Shown here: piece after piece, positions 25,102-34,833 of the stretch
Numbering within the stretch: the stretch's first letter is position 1
How the letters are laid out: each line of letters begins with the position of its first letter
Virus record (IMG/VR): IMGVR_UViG_3300024581_003792
Location: 1-64,000 of that record
Reading direction: 5' to 3' (one strand)
Length of the DNA stretch: 64,000 nucleotides
Origin: a virus
Made by a program: the position numbers and the translations under genes
Notes under the pieces: generated by a model
Told to the model about the DNA's origin: nothing
Database searches by the model: none
What the model saw: the letters and a program-made list of their open reading frames with translations, nothing else

Positions 25102-26889
25102 ATGGCCGAAGAACAAAAAAATATAAAAACAATCAGAGAGTTAGATGGATTCACAGAAGTCAATCCAGTTGCAACAGGGGATAATTTGATTGTCTCAACA
25201 ACTGAAGGTGTGCCCGCAACCAAAAAAGCCTCAATTAAAGAAGTTGTAGATATTTACTTAAACAGTAGTGATGCATTTACTTCTGATAACCCAATGGTTA
25301 CGGAAGATCATTTATTTATATCAACGAATGAAGATACTCCTTCTACCAAAAAGGCTTCGATTAAAGAAGTTGTAGATCTTTATCTTTCGAGTAGTGCAAG
25401 TGAATCTGAAGGCTTGCCCGACACAGTTACCGATCAAGACGGAAACGAAGTACCTAATCCTCTCAAAGGAGCAACAACAGTCACCGAGATGGTGGATACT
25501 GATGGTGATGGCGAGCCAGACACCGCAATCGAGGTAGTAAACACTCCAATAACTTCAAAAAATGTAGATACTCTGGTTGATCCAGGAAGCGGTCTTGAGG
25601 TAAAAACAGTTTGTCAGAATGAAACTTTTGACGTTGTTGACTGTAGTGATCCTTCGGTAAAATACAAGACCAAAAAGCTGGCCTTGGCTACAACCTCGGA
25701 ATCAAAAACAGTCAACATCAAGGTCAATAATACCGGAGAAGAGTATAGAAGCGGAATACCGTTAAATAACAATACAGTTAGTGTTAAATTCAAAAGATTG
25801 AGAGATGCGTTCTCATATATCCGAAATGATATTGGCGCGCTAGATACAATCGTTAATATAGATATTGAAAATGATCTAGACGAAGGAAATATAAATCATA
25901 CAAATGCGACATATTTTTCCGACCCAAACGCAGAGATTAATAAATGCTATATTTATATTAGGGGAAATATTAGTGACAAATACAGCAATGGCGAGCAGCC
26001 TCCAAAAATAAAACTTAAAACTGTTAATAATCCGTCTACGGGTAATGCATATATACCAATGTGGTTTAATGCAATCAATATAAATTTTTCATTTATTCAT
26101 TTTATTTTTGACTTGGATGATAACAGGGCAATTCATGCAGGGTTTCGTAGTCACAAATTGTGCACTCTTAATTTAGTTGGATGTAAATTTAGCGTAAGAG
26201 GAAGTTGTCATAAATTATTTGATGCTAGTCGAGGAGGAGTTATTGAAATAAACAATATATCAGACACTGATCTTGATCCATTAAACAAAGGATTTTGGGC
26301 ACCAGCTTTTGAAATTGATCTTGGCCCAAGAGCAGCTGCAGCAACTGGAGGTGATGGAGTGATTGGAGATAATTTTTACTGCGATTATTTTTTTGGAGCA
26401 GATACTGGGGCAGTATTTCGATTCCCAGAATATGGACCGCACATTCCTTGGGATGGTGACCCTAATACAACATTTCACAGTAGAATTCATTTTGCATCAA
26501 ATCGATTAGACTGCAATAGCTTTTTTTCGCTTGAAGCGAATTGCGTAGTTGATGTAATCGCATTATTTACTATGTCTACAGGTCTTTCTTTTAGTGCCAC
26601 AAATGTTCCGTATTTCCTACGAGCGGGTGCATTTAATTCAATTACCTTAAGAGATGGTACTCATATAAAAGGAACCATAAGCAACGGTTGGGCTGAAGTT
26701 GCTAATTCATTTCCAGGCAACGAGTTGGCTAATCCTACGAATCAACTTGGCGGAACATCCACTGCTGGACAAGATTATATCATGATAAACAATCTCTCCC
26801 CAGATAATGCTTTGTTAACTACTTATAAAGGAGAAACGAACGGCAATCTTACAAACTACTGGGATAATGTTAATTGGTCCACTATTTAA
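25102..26889 (+). CDS. putative tail fibre/spike protein
   Basis: IREL...TKKASIKEVV N-terminal module (partly duplicated), DTDGDGEPD, beta-rich C-terminus. Confidence 0.6.
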   Translation: MAEEQKNIKTIRELDGFTEVNPVATGDNLIVSTTEGVPATKKASIKEVVDIYLNSSDAFTSDNPMVTEDHLFISTNEDTPSTKKASIKEVVDLYLSSSASESEGLPDTVTDQDGNEVPNPLKGATTVTEMVDTDGDGEPDTAIEVVNTPITSKNVDTLVDPGSGLEVKTVCQNETFDVVDCSDPSVKYKTKKLALATTSESKTVNIKVNNTGEEYRSGIPLNNNTVSVKFKRLRDAFSYIRNDIGALDTIVNIDIENDLDEGNINHTNATYFSDPNAEINKCYIYIRGNISDKYSNGEQPPKIKLKTVNNPSTGNAYIPMWFNAININFSFIHFIFDLDDNRAIHAGFRSHKLCTLNLVGCKFSVRGSCHKLFDASRGGVIEINNISDTDLDPLNKGFWAPAFEIDLGPRAAAATGGDGVIGDNFYCDYFFGADTGAVFRFPEYGPHIPWDGDPNTTFHSRIHFASNRLDCNSFFSLEANCVVDVIALFTMSTGLSFSATNVPYFLRAGAFNSITLRDGTHIKGTISNGWAEVANSFPGNELANPTNQLGGTSTAGQDYIMINNLSPDNALLTTYKGETNGNLTNYWDNVNWSTI

Positions 26890-26915
26890 AGTGTACTTAC
26901 ATGTAGAAAAAATAA

Positions 26916-27977
26916 ATGGACGAAGAACAAGAAAATGTAAAAAAGATTAGAGAGCTTGATAGTTTTGAAACTAGTCAGCCACTAGCCACAGGCGATTATT
27001 TAATAGTAGCCACAAATGAGGGAATACCCGCTACAAAAAAATCTACAATCAAAGAGGTTGTTGACGTCTACAACATTGCAATGGCTGAGGATGACGAAGA
27101 AGATCAGGTTGATGACCCGAATAGCCCCGGAGAAAAAATTAAAGATCCTGAAAAAGAACCTGGACTCGAAAAAGACAAAGATGGAGACGGCGAGCCCGAC
27201 GAAAAAATCATAACCACGCCAGTTAATGCAGGAAATTTAAATACTATTATTCAAGAAGGCGGCGGTTTAAAAGTTGTAACTGAATGTCGCAAAAAAGAAG
27301 ATAATTCAATCGTTGACTGCAGTAGTGCTGACGCTTATTATCGCTATGGAAAACTGGCTTTAGATTTAGGTGAAACTGAAGGTGTTTATGGTTACGATAT
27401 GGAATTTCATTACGGCTTTCCTAAGAAAAGATATTTCTTTTCATTTGGATTACTGCAAAAAATCGAATATGGAGTAGGCAAAGTCTTGGAATATTTCGCA
27501 CCTCCGGAATCTGGATGGTTTAGTCTTCTTGATAATAATACTCAGCCAGATATGGCAGAATTGACTCTAAATCTTTCTGGAGTAGTTGATAATTTCGGAG
27601 AAGTCGATGGTATGTGGGGTTATATTTTAGAACATCAAGTATGGACCTTTCTTAATGCAAGACCATCAATAATGAATGATTTTACAGAATATTTTTACTT
27701 CTGGAATGAAAAACTAGGATGGTACAGTTTTATGATCGCGACCTACCCTTTTGTTTATCTATCTCAAGGGGTAGTTATAAGTAGCTCCGAACAAGTATCT
27801 GCAAGTTGGGGCTACATACATGAAAATAAAATTTATCTTTATGAAAATCAAAAATGGTACAAAATCAGCGATTTGTCGCCTGTTGATAGTAGCGGGCAAC
27901 CTACCCCTCCAACCGATCTGCCTGACACAGGTGATACAGTTTTCCTACCCCCCGCCGAAGAGGTACCTGACCGATAA
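26916..27977 (+). CDS. paralog of the preceding gene with a Trp/Tyr-rich C-terminal domain
   Basis: N-terminal ~150 aa aligns by eye with 25102; GTGTA at 26891. Confidence 0.65.
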   Translation: MDEEQENVKKIRELDSFETSQPLATGDYLIVATNEGIPATKKSTIKEVVDVYNIAMAEDDEEDQVDDPNSPGEKIKDPEKEPGLEKDKDGDGEPDEKIITTPVNAGNLNTIIQEGGGLKVVTECRKKEDNSIVDCSSADAYYRYGKLALDLGETEGVYGYDMEFHYGFPKKRYFFSFGLLQKIEYGVGKVLEYFAPPESGWFSLLDNNTQPDMAELTLNLSGVVDNFGEVDGMWGYILEHQVWTFLNARPSIMNDFTEYFYFWNEKLGWYSFMIATYPFVYLSQGVVISSSEQVSASWGYIHENKIYLYENQKWYKISDLSPVDSSGQPTPPTDLPDTGDTVFLPPAEEVPDR

Positions 27978-27983
27978 TTAAAT

Positions 27984-28142
27984 ATGAGACACACTCCAGA
28001 ACAATTAAAATCAATAGCACAAGAAGTAAAAAAAAGCCTTGATCAAGTAAGGCAAAAATTTCTGAAAGAGCACGGGGTAGAAGATAAAAAAGAAAAATCT
28101 AGCGAATCTTCTCAGCAAAAGAAAAATCCTAAGAAGCCTTAA
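27984..28142 (+). CDS. small basic protein (52 aa)
   Basis: Hand translation MRHTPEQLKSIAQEV... Confidence 0.45.
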   Translation: MRHTPEQLKSIAQEVKKSLDQVRQKFLKEHGVEDKKEKSSESSQQKKNPKKP

Positions 28143-28160
28143 ATTAGTGTACTCACATAT

Positions 28161-28400
28161 GTGAGAAAAAGTGACATAGAGAAGATAAAAAACAATGCCC
28201 CTGAACTTCCTTACAACACTTGTCCATACATTGATTTTGTACAAGAAATCTTAAAAGAAGCTATTGATCAGACTGATTCTGTACTAGTAGAAAAAAAACT
28301 AGAGTTAGCTGATTCTATTTTAGAATATGTGCGCGAATCTAATGATTCTTTGCGTCAAAGCTCAATGTATTGGTATCAAAAATTTAATTCAAAGAAATAA
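28161..28400 (+). CDS. hypothetical protein
   Basis: GTGTA at 28147; TCPYID...LEYVRESNDSLR. Confidence 0.6.
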   Translation: MRKSDIEKIKNNAPELPYNTCPYIDFVQEILKEAIDQTDSVLVEKKLELADSILEYVRESNDSLRQSSMYWYQKFNSKK

Positions 28401-28428
28401 ATATTTGAAGTGATACTTACTATCAGAA

Positions 28429-29154
28429 CTAAAGCCAATATCCGTCAAAACTTAAGCTGTTTATTACGTAGTTATTTTCATCGAATGCATTTTGAGCAAG
28501 GGTCAAAAATACATAATTTGGAGACATTACCCACGTAGGGGATTCTCCTGCTGGCATTGTAAAATCCATTTTTATGATACCGTCAGTTACTATGCGGTAA
28601 TTTTTATTAACAAGTGTGGGGTGTCTTTCGACAACAAATACACCATCCACAAGACCATTATCTCCTGAATCAAAATAAGAATCTCCACTAGTACTAACCA
28701 GTCTTCCTTCGCTTATGTTTGCCCTAAATTGCCAATACCTAGCCTCATCAGGAACACCTGTAACAACAAAGTCTGTGGTCGGAAAACTGCTTGTGCTTCC
28801 TAAACTGCTGTCAAAATTAGTCCTAGTTCCAGTTGTACCATCAGTTTTATTTGGATAAGATGCGCCACTTGTAACATAAACATGGTAACCCCTTAAAGAG
28901 CCGGCTGACATTGAAAGTTGTGAATCTTGAAGCGTTTTATTTACTGAAACAAAAGTTGTTGGTAAACCTGAAGCAACTCCTCCGCCGCTTGCTCCACTAC
29001 CTGATCCACCACCGCTACTTGCTAGTGTACTCCCTGTTACATATTTAGTATCATATCCATTGCTGCCGTTTGGAACTGATACTATAAATTTTGCATCAGC
29101 CAACTCTGCAGCTGAAACTTGACCTGTTATTTGTGATATTTTTTTTGTTGCCAT
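28429..29154 (-). CDS. putative virion fibre-associated protein
   Basis: N-terminal KKISQI, Gly/Ser linker. Confidence 0.6.
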   Translation of the reverse strand: MATKKISQITGQVSAAELADAKFIVSVPNGSNGYDTKYVTGSTLASSGGGSGSGASGGGVASGLPTTFVSVNKTLQDSQLSMSAGSLRGYHVYVTSGASYPNKTDGTTGTRTNFDSSLGSTSSFPTTDFVVTGVPDEARYWQFRANISEGRLVSTSGDSYFDSGDNGLVDGVFVVERHPTLVNKNYRIVTDGIIKMDFTMPAGESPTWVMSPNYVFLTLAQNAFDENNYVINSLSFDGYWL

Positions 29155-29172
29155 GATTTTAATAAGTTAAAG

Positions 29173-30378
29173 TTATTCAATAATTACATATTCGTCTGTT
29201 TCGGTTCTTACCCATTCAGTCACCACTTGAGATTCGGTAATTAAACCCGTACCATCTAGTTCGTAATGACCCTCAATTTCTATATCACGATCAGGCATTA
29301 TAAATTGATTGCCAGTAATTATTATACTTGATATCCATTGTTTGAATACAAAACCTGTTTTAGGCTTAGGGTCCAGAATTACTTGCTGCCCCACTAAATA
29401 AGATCCTGAGCCTGTGGGTTCCCCATGATTATCTTTTGCGGTGACAGTAACAGTGTATTCTATCGCATCATATATTGCGGTTACTGTTACATCACTGGCA
29501 GGCATTGTAAATTTATTATTTGATATACTGATATTTGATGGGTTGATTTCCCAGCGTAAAAAGCCATACCCTGTATCAGGATTGGGGGAAAGACTAACGA
29601 TCTCGTCTATTGTATATGTTCCTGAACCAGAAGGCGATCCATTTGCACCGGTAACCGTTACTGTATATTGTATTGCGCCATAATTAGCCCTAAGAAGAAC
29701 ATCTTCGTTTGGCATACGAAAAGAGTTTCTTAGGATTGAAACGTTATTTGATAAAATCGTCCAACTCCTGAAGTTATACCCTGCATCAGGTTGTGCTGAT
29801 ATATTGACGATAGAGCCTTCTTTGTATGCGCCTGCACCAATCCCTGTTCCATGCTCGCTAATTATTTCAACTACGTTTGTTAATTTAGGAAAAAAGCCAA
29901 GGAGCCTAACTTTGAGCAATCCTTTCGGGGCTATAATTTCTATTTTTCCTTCGTTATCGGTTGGGCATATTATGACGCCTCCATTTTCTGACTCATCAAC
30001 ATATGTGTTTCCAATTCCGCCAATTATATTATTGTTTAAAGTTCTATTAATTTTGTAATTTTCATCGCCCGCAGGTCTTGCGATAATTACATCATCTATG
30101 CTACTTGTATACTTAGCCGAAATACTTAATACGACCAAGGCTTTTTTGGAGTTTATGAACTGACTTAAATCTAAAAGTCTAAAGGGATAAGTAGCGTTAA
30201 CATCTATGTCAGCGCCCGATAATTCGAAATACTCGCTTGAGGGGAAAAAACCACCAATAATATCTTTATTTGATACAATTTCATAAAAATTAGAATCGCC
30301 TATTTTTTTGAAAGTTTTGAAATCAATTTCAAATTCACCCTTTCCAGTATGATCAGAAAGAGCCATATCATTCTTCAA
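29173..30378 (-). CDS. protein with 3 InlB B-repeat-like (Flg_new-type) domains
   Basis: Three GxGxY...P..G(Y/F)xFxxW...FxMPxxDVxxxAxY-like repeats; true start may be MALSD. Confidence 0.7.
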   Translation of the reverse strand: MKNDMALSDHTGKGEFEIDFKTFKKIGDSNFYEIVSNKDIIGGFFPSSEYFELSGADIDVNATYPFRLLDLSQFINSKKALVVLSISAKYTSSIDDVIIARPAGDENYKINRTLNNNIIGGIGNTYVDESENGGVIICPTDNEGKIEIIAPKGLLKVRLLGFFPKLTNVVEIISEHGTGIGAGAYKEGSIVNISAQPDAGYNFRSWTILSNNVSILRNSFRMPNEDVLLRANYGAIQYTVTVTGANGSPSGSGTYTIDEIVSLSPNPDTGYGFLRWEINPSNISISNNKFTMPASDVTVTAIYDAIEYTVTVTAKDNHGEPTGSGSYLVGQQVILDPKPKTGFVFKQWISSIIITGNQFIMPDRDIEIEGHYELDGTGLITESQVVTEWVRTETDEYVIIE

Positions 30379-30865
30379 TCATGGGGATGTAACCGATCAT
30401 TGATAGATCAACACCTATAGTTGGTATCAGTAGCTCAATCGCCCCATCTTTATTCGTTGACGAACATAAGGTTCCGCCAGCCCCATTATTAGAGATATAT
30501 ATAGTCGATGCACCTCCAACCAATTCTTCTCCTGATGATTTTCGAGTCGTTCGGGGCGAAGGTTCCTCTAAGCCAAATGGTCTTGCAGATATCGCGTAGA
30601 CTCCCGAAAAATTTTCATTCAAAGTTACTGTAAATAAAACAAACGCCTCTCTTTTCCCCACCACAGGAGAAAGATCTATTTTTTTAAATAAGGTTTGAGC
30701 TTCAGTGTTTAGGGCGCTAAAAGTTTGAGAGGAAGGAACGAAGCCAGCAGCTTTATCAACTACAATTTTCTTATAAATAGGTGACTCCTCTACATTATCT
30801 TGAGTTGCAAACATTTTGCCATTCAATTCGAAAGATTGTTTGCCTTTGTACTCGGAAAGAGACAT
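30368..30865 (-). CDS. paralog of the N-terminal domain of 29173-30378
   Basis: MSLSEYKGK vs MALSDHTGK; DLS...ARP.G...T...G.IE shared. Confidence 0.65.
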   Translation of the reverse strand: MSLSEYKGKQSFELNGKMFATQDNVEESPIYKKIVVDKAAGFVPSSQTFSALNTEAQTLFKKIDLSPVVGKREAFVLFTVTLNENFSGVYAISARPFGLEEPSPRTTRKSSGEELVGGASTIYISNNGAGGTLCSSTNKDGAIELLIPTIGVDLSMIGYIPMIEE

Positions 30866-30866
30866 T

Positions 30867-32108
30867 TTATGTACCTACTTGTATCCAGCCATTCAAGGCT
30901 TCTGTATAAATGTATAAATTAGCTGTGTTTTCATCAAACCAAAATTCTCCGTTTTTAGGATTTTCAGGTTTAGTGGTTCCGATATTTGATCTAGCGTAAT
31001 CCCTTAAAAGTGTTGGGTCAATGGCAAAGCTTTTATCGTATGTTCCGTTATTATCCTCATCTCTAGAGATTATCATTAAATCTGTGGGATCAAAACTGGT
31101 GATCTTATCAAGCTCGCTAATTTTTATGCCGCCCGTTTGGCTGGCGGATGTATCCGTGTTGGTATCCGTGTTGGTATCCGTGTTGGTATCTGGGTTTGAA
31201 GTCGATGTGTATTCAAAATCATCTGTTTCTATTGTCCAATTATGATCTGTCAATTTATGGCCATGCAGGCTGCCATCTCTTGTTCCGATTGGTAAGCCAG
31301 TGATTTTTCTTGTATCAAGATTTATCATTGGAGCAGTATAAGCTTCGACAGATCTTTCGGCATCCGACCTGTAAAAATAACTAGATGAGCCACTTTCCCT
31401 TTCTGAATAAACTGAATTTATAGGTGCAGAGATAACATAAGGCCAGCCTATCATGGCGGCAAGATTAATTTCGCCAGAAAGTTCATCGATTGGAAATATT
31501 CCGACATCAGAATAAAGGGCCTGCACTTGTTTTGTGTCTAAAAAATCATATGTGCTTGAATATGCTACCTTGGAAAATTTAACATACTTACCCCAATATA
31601 TATCTACACAATATGAACTAACTCCACCATCATTGAATCGTCTATCATACTCAGTTCCAGGGTACTCAGAAGGAAAAACTAATCCATCACCTGTGTAAAT
31701 CGTTTTCCATACGGAAAAACCAATTATTGAATAGGTAAATCGAGTATGTTTTACATTTGAACCTCCTGCGTTTAAATATTTGAAGATTTCTGAAATATTT
31801 GCTTCCGATACGCCGTTAAATACAATAGATTCTCCAGTTATAGCATTAGTGTCTGTTCTTTCTCTGGTGCCGGCTGCATCAAATGATCCAGGATATATAT
31901 CATAAATTTTTCCATTAACTCCATCTCCTTTTATTATCTCACCAAAAGCTGTAAACGAATTCCCAACTCCATTATTCCTGTCATCTTGAACGATCCTGTG
32001 CTGAGCTAAAACTTGATTTATGTTATCTTCCGTTGCAAACCCGTTGAAATCCAAGTTCCCTATGTTATCTGCGTTTTGAGCTTGAGCTGTTATCAAGGTT
32101 TTAGCCAT
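30867..32108 (-). CDS. putative virion fibre protein
   Basis: KISELD module; C-terminal PENPKNGEFWFDENTANLYIY...W motif typical of fibre proteins. Confidence 0.65.
   Translation of the reverse strand: MAKTLITAQAQNADNIGNLDFNGFATEDNINQVLAQHRIVQDDRNNGVGNSFTAFGEIIKGDGVNGKIYDIYPGSFDAAGTRERTDTNAITGESIVFNGVSEANISEIFKYLNAGGSNVKHTRFTYSIIGFSVWKTIYTGDGLVFPSEYPGTEYDRRFNDGGVSSYCVDIYWGKYVKFSKVAYSSTYDFLDTKQVQALYSDVGIFPIDELSGEINLAAMIGWPYVISAPINSVYSERESGSSSYFYRSDAERSVEAYTAPMINLDTRKITGLPIGTRDGSLHGHKLTDHNWTIETDDFEYTSTSNPDTNTDTNTDTNTDTSASQTGGIKISELDKITSFDPTDLMIISRDEDNNGTYDKSFAIDPTLLRDYARSNIGTTKPENPKNGEFWFDENTANLYIYTEALNGWIQVGT
31150..31190. repeat. 12-bp tandem repeat (x3.4) encoding a DTNT linker
   Basis: (GTATCCGTGTTG)3 GTATC. 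Confidence 0.9.
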
Positions 32109-32296
32109 TACTTCTTACCCCTTAACTCTTTTTTTAATTGCTTGTATACGACTTCAATGTCGCCCTTCTTTAATAAGTCAGAAGGTGCTTCATTACCCAA
32201 GGCTTCATTCGGCGTCTTAAGCCATTGCGTGGCGCTATAAAAAGGCATTTTATTTGCCAAAAGATTTAAAACGTCGTATTTTGATAAATTTCCCAT
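32108..32296 (-). CDS. MbcA/ParS/Xre antitoxin C-terminal domain-like protein
   Basis: ATQWLKTPNEALGNEAPSDLLKKGDIEVV fits the WLxxPxxxLxxxxPxDLL signature. Confidence 0.65.
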   Translation of the reverse strand: MGNLSKYDVLNLLANKMPFYSATQWLKTPNEALGNEAPSDLLKKGDIEVVYKQLKKELRGKK

Positions 32297-32358
32297 ATAA
32301 TATATATATTACACCAAAGTTTGTGTATTTATATTTATATATTAATCCTAAATAAATT

Positions 32359-33084
32359 ATGGGAAGAAAAAAAATTAATGCTGATACAGTAGAAGAGATT
32401 GTTAAAAATACCTTCAAGTCAAAAATCACGGTAAAAGGAAAAAAATTAAGCGACAAACAGCAAGCCTTTCATAAAATAGCGATGGACGAAGAAACCAAAA
32501 TAATCTTCGTTTCGGGACCAGCAGGATCAACCAAAACATATATGGCTGTATTCTCTGCACTTCGTCATCTTCAGAAAAATGAAGATCTCGATTTACTTTA
32601 TGTAAGAACGGCAATTGAAAGCGCAGACAAAGGCCTTGGAGCTCTTCCAGGCACACTAGAAGAAAAGTTTAATCCTTACATGGCTCCACTCGAAGATAAG
32701 CTTGACGAGATGCTCCCAAAGACAACGCCAATCAAAGATGATTTAGTTAAATCTGGTCGAGTGCAAGCAATGCCCATAAACTTTCTTCGAGGAGCAAGCT
32801 GGATAAACAAAATTGTTGTTGCAGATGAATCGCAAAACTTTACCTTCAAAGAACTGGTTACATTAATCACCCGTATCGGTGACGGCACAAAACTATTTAT
32901 CTGCGGTGATATTATGCAAAGCGATATCAATGGAAAAAGCGGTTTCAAAGATATGATAAATTTATTTAGAGATGAAGAAAGTGCTGAAAAAGGAATACAT
33001 TGCTTTAGATTTAATGAGCATGATATTTTCAGAAGTGAAATTTTAAAATATATTGTTAAAAAATTAAAAACACCAAAATCATAG
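32359..33084 (+). CDS. phoH: PhoH-like protein
   Basis: GPAGSTKT (variant P-loop), LGALPG, FLRGASW, DESQN, TRIG, GDIMQSD. Confidence 0.93.
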   Translation: MGRKKINADTVEEIVKNTFKSKITVKGKKLSDKQQAFHKIAMDEETKIIFVSGPAGSTKTYMAVFSALRHLQKNEDLDLLYVRTAIESADKGLGALPGTLEEKFNPYMAPLEDKLDEMLPKTTPIKDDLVKSGRVQAMPINFLRGASWINKIVVADESQNFTFKELVTLITRIGDGTKLFICGDIMQSDINGKSGFKDMINLFRDEESAEKGIHCFRFNEHDIFRSEILKYIVKKLKTPKS

Positions 33085-33097
33085 TGTATTCATATTT

Positions 33098-33715
33098 ATG
33101 GATGGATTGTATCTTATAATATCTGCATTAATTGGCGCTGCTGCCACGATTGCTAGTGTTTTAATATCAAGAAAGAATAAAGCGACTAGAGATCCAATAT
33201 TAAACGAAACGCAGAACAACGAGAACATCTATGCTGCGCTTCAATTTCTTATGGAAGAAATGTGTGCAGATAGAGCTTACATTCTACAATTTCATAATGG
33301 AGGTTATTATATTTCAGGTCGAAGTCAGCAAAAGTTTAGCTGCACTCATGAAATTACTCAGCCCGGAATAAGTCGTGAATGCTTGGATTCGCAGAATCAT
33401 ATTGTATCTAATTTCCACACTTACATCAACGAATTAACAAAAGATCAAAAATTTGCGTACACAGATTGCTCAAAAGTTCCTGATCATGTATTCTCTTCGA
33501 TGATGGAAAACAAAGGAGTAAAAAGTATTTACAATGTTCCAATCATGACGCTAAACCATCGGGTCATCGGAATACTTGGGGTTGACTACGTTAGAGACAG
33601 GGCCTCCAATAATTGTATAGGTTTTTGCCCAGAAGAAAGAAAAAATGAATTTGGCAAAAAAACACAAGAGTTCATGAAGCGTCAAGCCAGAGTAATAGCT
33701 GGTTACTTAATATAA
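33098..33715 (+). CDS. N-terminal TM plus GAF-like domain protein (possible T4 gpT-type holin)
   Basis: Hydrophobic residues 4-23; ADRAYILQFHNGG...GVKSIYNVPI...IGILGVDY. Confidence 0.6.
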   Translation: MDGLYLIISALIGAAATIASVLISRKNKATRDPILNETQNNENIYAALQFLMEEMCADRAYILQFHNGGYYISGRSQQKFSCTHEITQPGISRECLDSQNHIVSNFHTYINELTKDQKFAYTDCSKVPDHVFSSMMENKGVKSIYNVPIMTLNHRVIGILGVDYVRDRASNNCIGFCPEERKNEFGKKTQEFMKRQARVIAGYLI

Positions 33716-33718
33716 ATA

Positions 33719-33747
33719 TTGATTTTTAACTGTTTGCTTATTACTAT
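33719..33747 (+). promoter_or_regulatory. sigma70-type promoter for the Zn-ribbon/sigma operon
   Basis: TTGATT-17-TACTAT. Confidence 0.45.
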
Positions 33748-33758
33748 AGGTAATAATT

Positions 33759-34121
33759 ATGCAAACTATATTTTGTACAGAATGCGGAAGTAAAGTGGTT
33801 TATTCTGGAGCCAAGCCAAAATTTTGCTCTTCTTGTGGTCATCCAATCGGGGGATCTGGTAAAAGTCAAGAGCAAGCTCAGAACGTGCAAGCAAAAATGC
33901 CAAGCATACGCGAGCAAGTTCAGGCCAAGAAAAACCTTCAGGAAGTTAAAGACGATGAGACAGATATTGATTATGTGCCGAATATCTCTTCATTTGATTA
34001 CGAAATCAATAGCGCAGGAAATCCAGTTTTTAAATTTGAAGATCTAATTAATGTCTCCGAGGAAGAAAAAACAGCCAAACCAAGAAGAGTCCAAAGCAAG
34101 CCTCGAAAAAAGTCAAAGTAA
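33759..34121 (+). CDS. zinc-ribbon protein
   Basis: FCTECG...FCSSCG. Confidence 0.75.
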   Translation: MQTIFCTECGSKVVYSGAKPKFCSSCGHPIGGSGKSQEQAQNVQAKMPSIREQVQAKKNLQEVKDDETDIDYVPNISSFDYEINSAGNPVFKFEDLINVSEEEKTAKPRRVQSKPRKKSK

Positions 34122-34833
34122 AGAAGGATACGTTTACAGCGATTTTTCAGACGCTATTGACCAAGAGCTTGGCAAAAGAAGAAAAAACTGGTTTCTTACT
34201 TCTGTCGCATGGGTGGATTTTGATGATGTGTGTCAAATTATAAGGGCGCATATATACAAAAAATGGGACCAGTGGGATCAAAGCCGCCCGATTAAGCCAT
34301 GGCTTAATAAGATTATAGCAAATCAAATGAAGAATATCTTGCGTAATCATTATAGTAATTATGCGCGGCCTTGCCTAAACTGTCCGTTTAATTCGGACTC
34401 AGAATATCATTTGTGTAGTTTTACAGAATCTGGCGAGCAAGACAAAACTTGCCCTCTTTACGCTAAGTGGGAAAAATCTAAGAAATATGCATATAACGTT
34501 AAGATTACATTATCTCTAGACAGCCACATTCATGAGATTGATGGCGGCTCAGAAGGTTTTCTTGGTTTAGACATACAAGTTGCTTCAGAAAAATTAATAA
34601 GAGAATTAAAGAAACAATTGAATGACCGACAATTTATGGCTTTTGATTTATTATTTATACAGAATTTAACTGACGAAGAGGTAGCAACAAAAATGGGATT
34701 CAAAAGTACAGAGGTTGGCAGAAAAGCAGGATACAAGCAAATAAAGAACTTAAAAAAGACTTTAAAAGAAAAAGCTGTTAAAATATTAAAAAACAAAGGA
34801 ATTGCATTTTTAGGTGACGATGAAACTAAGTGA
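34051..34833 (+). CDS. phage-encoded sigma70/ECF-like sigma factor
   Basis: Region-2-like DDVCQ...W...WLNKIIANQMKNILR; region-4-like LNDRQ...LTDEEVATKMG; Cys-rich insert CLNCP...C...C. Confidence 0.7.
   Translation: MSPRKKKQPNQEESKASLEKSQSKEGYVYSDFSDAIDQELGKRRKNWFLTSVAWVDFDDVCQIIRAHIYKKWDQWDQSRPIKPWLNKIIANQMKNILRNHYSNYARPCLNCPFNSDSEYHLCSFTESGEQDKTCPLYAKWEKSKKYAYNVKITLSLDSHIHEIDGGSEGFLGLDIQVASEKLIRELKKQLNDRQFMAFDLLFIQNLTDEEVATKMGFKSTEVGRKAGYKQIKNLKKTLKEKAVKILKNKGIAFLGDDETK

Noticed and set aside
32359-33084. PhoH, rIIA/rIIB and Hsp20 as novel auxiliary genes
   Set aside because: All are common in large phages. Only the GPAGSTKT P-loop variant and the hsp20 promoter are slightly unusual.
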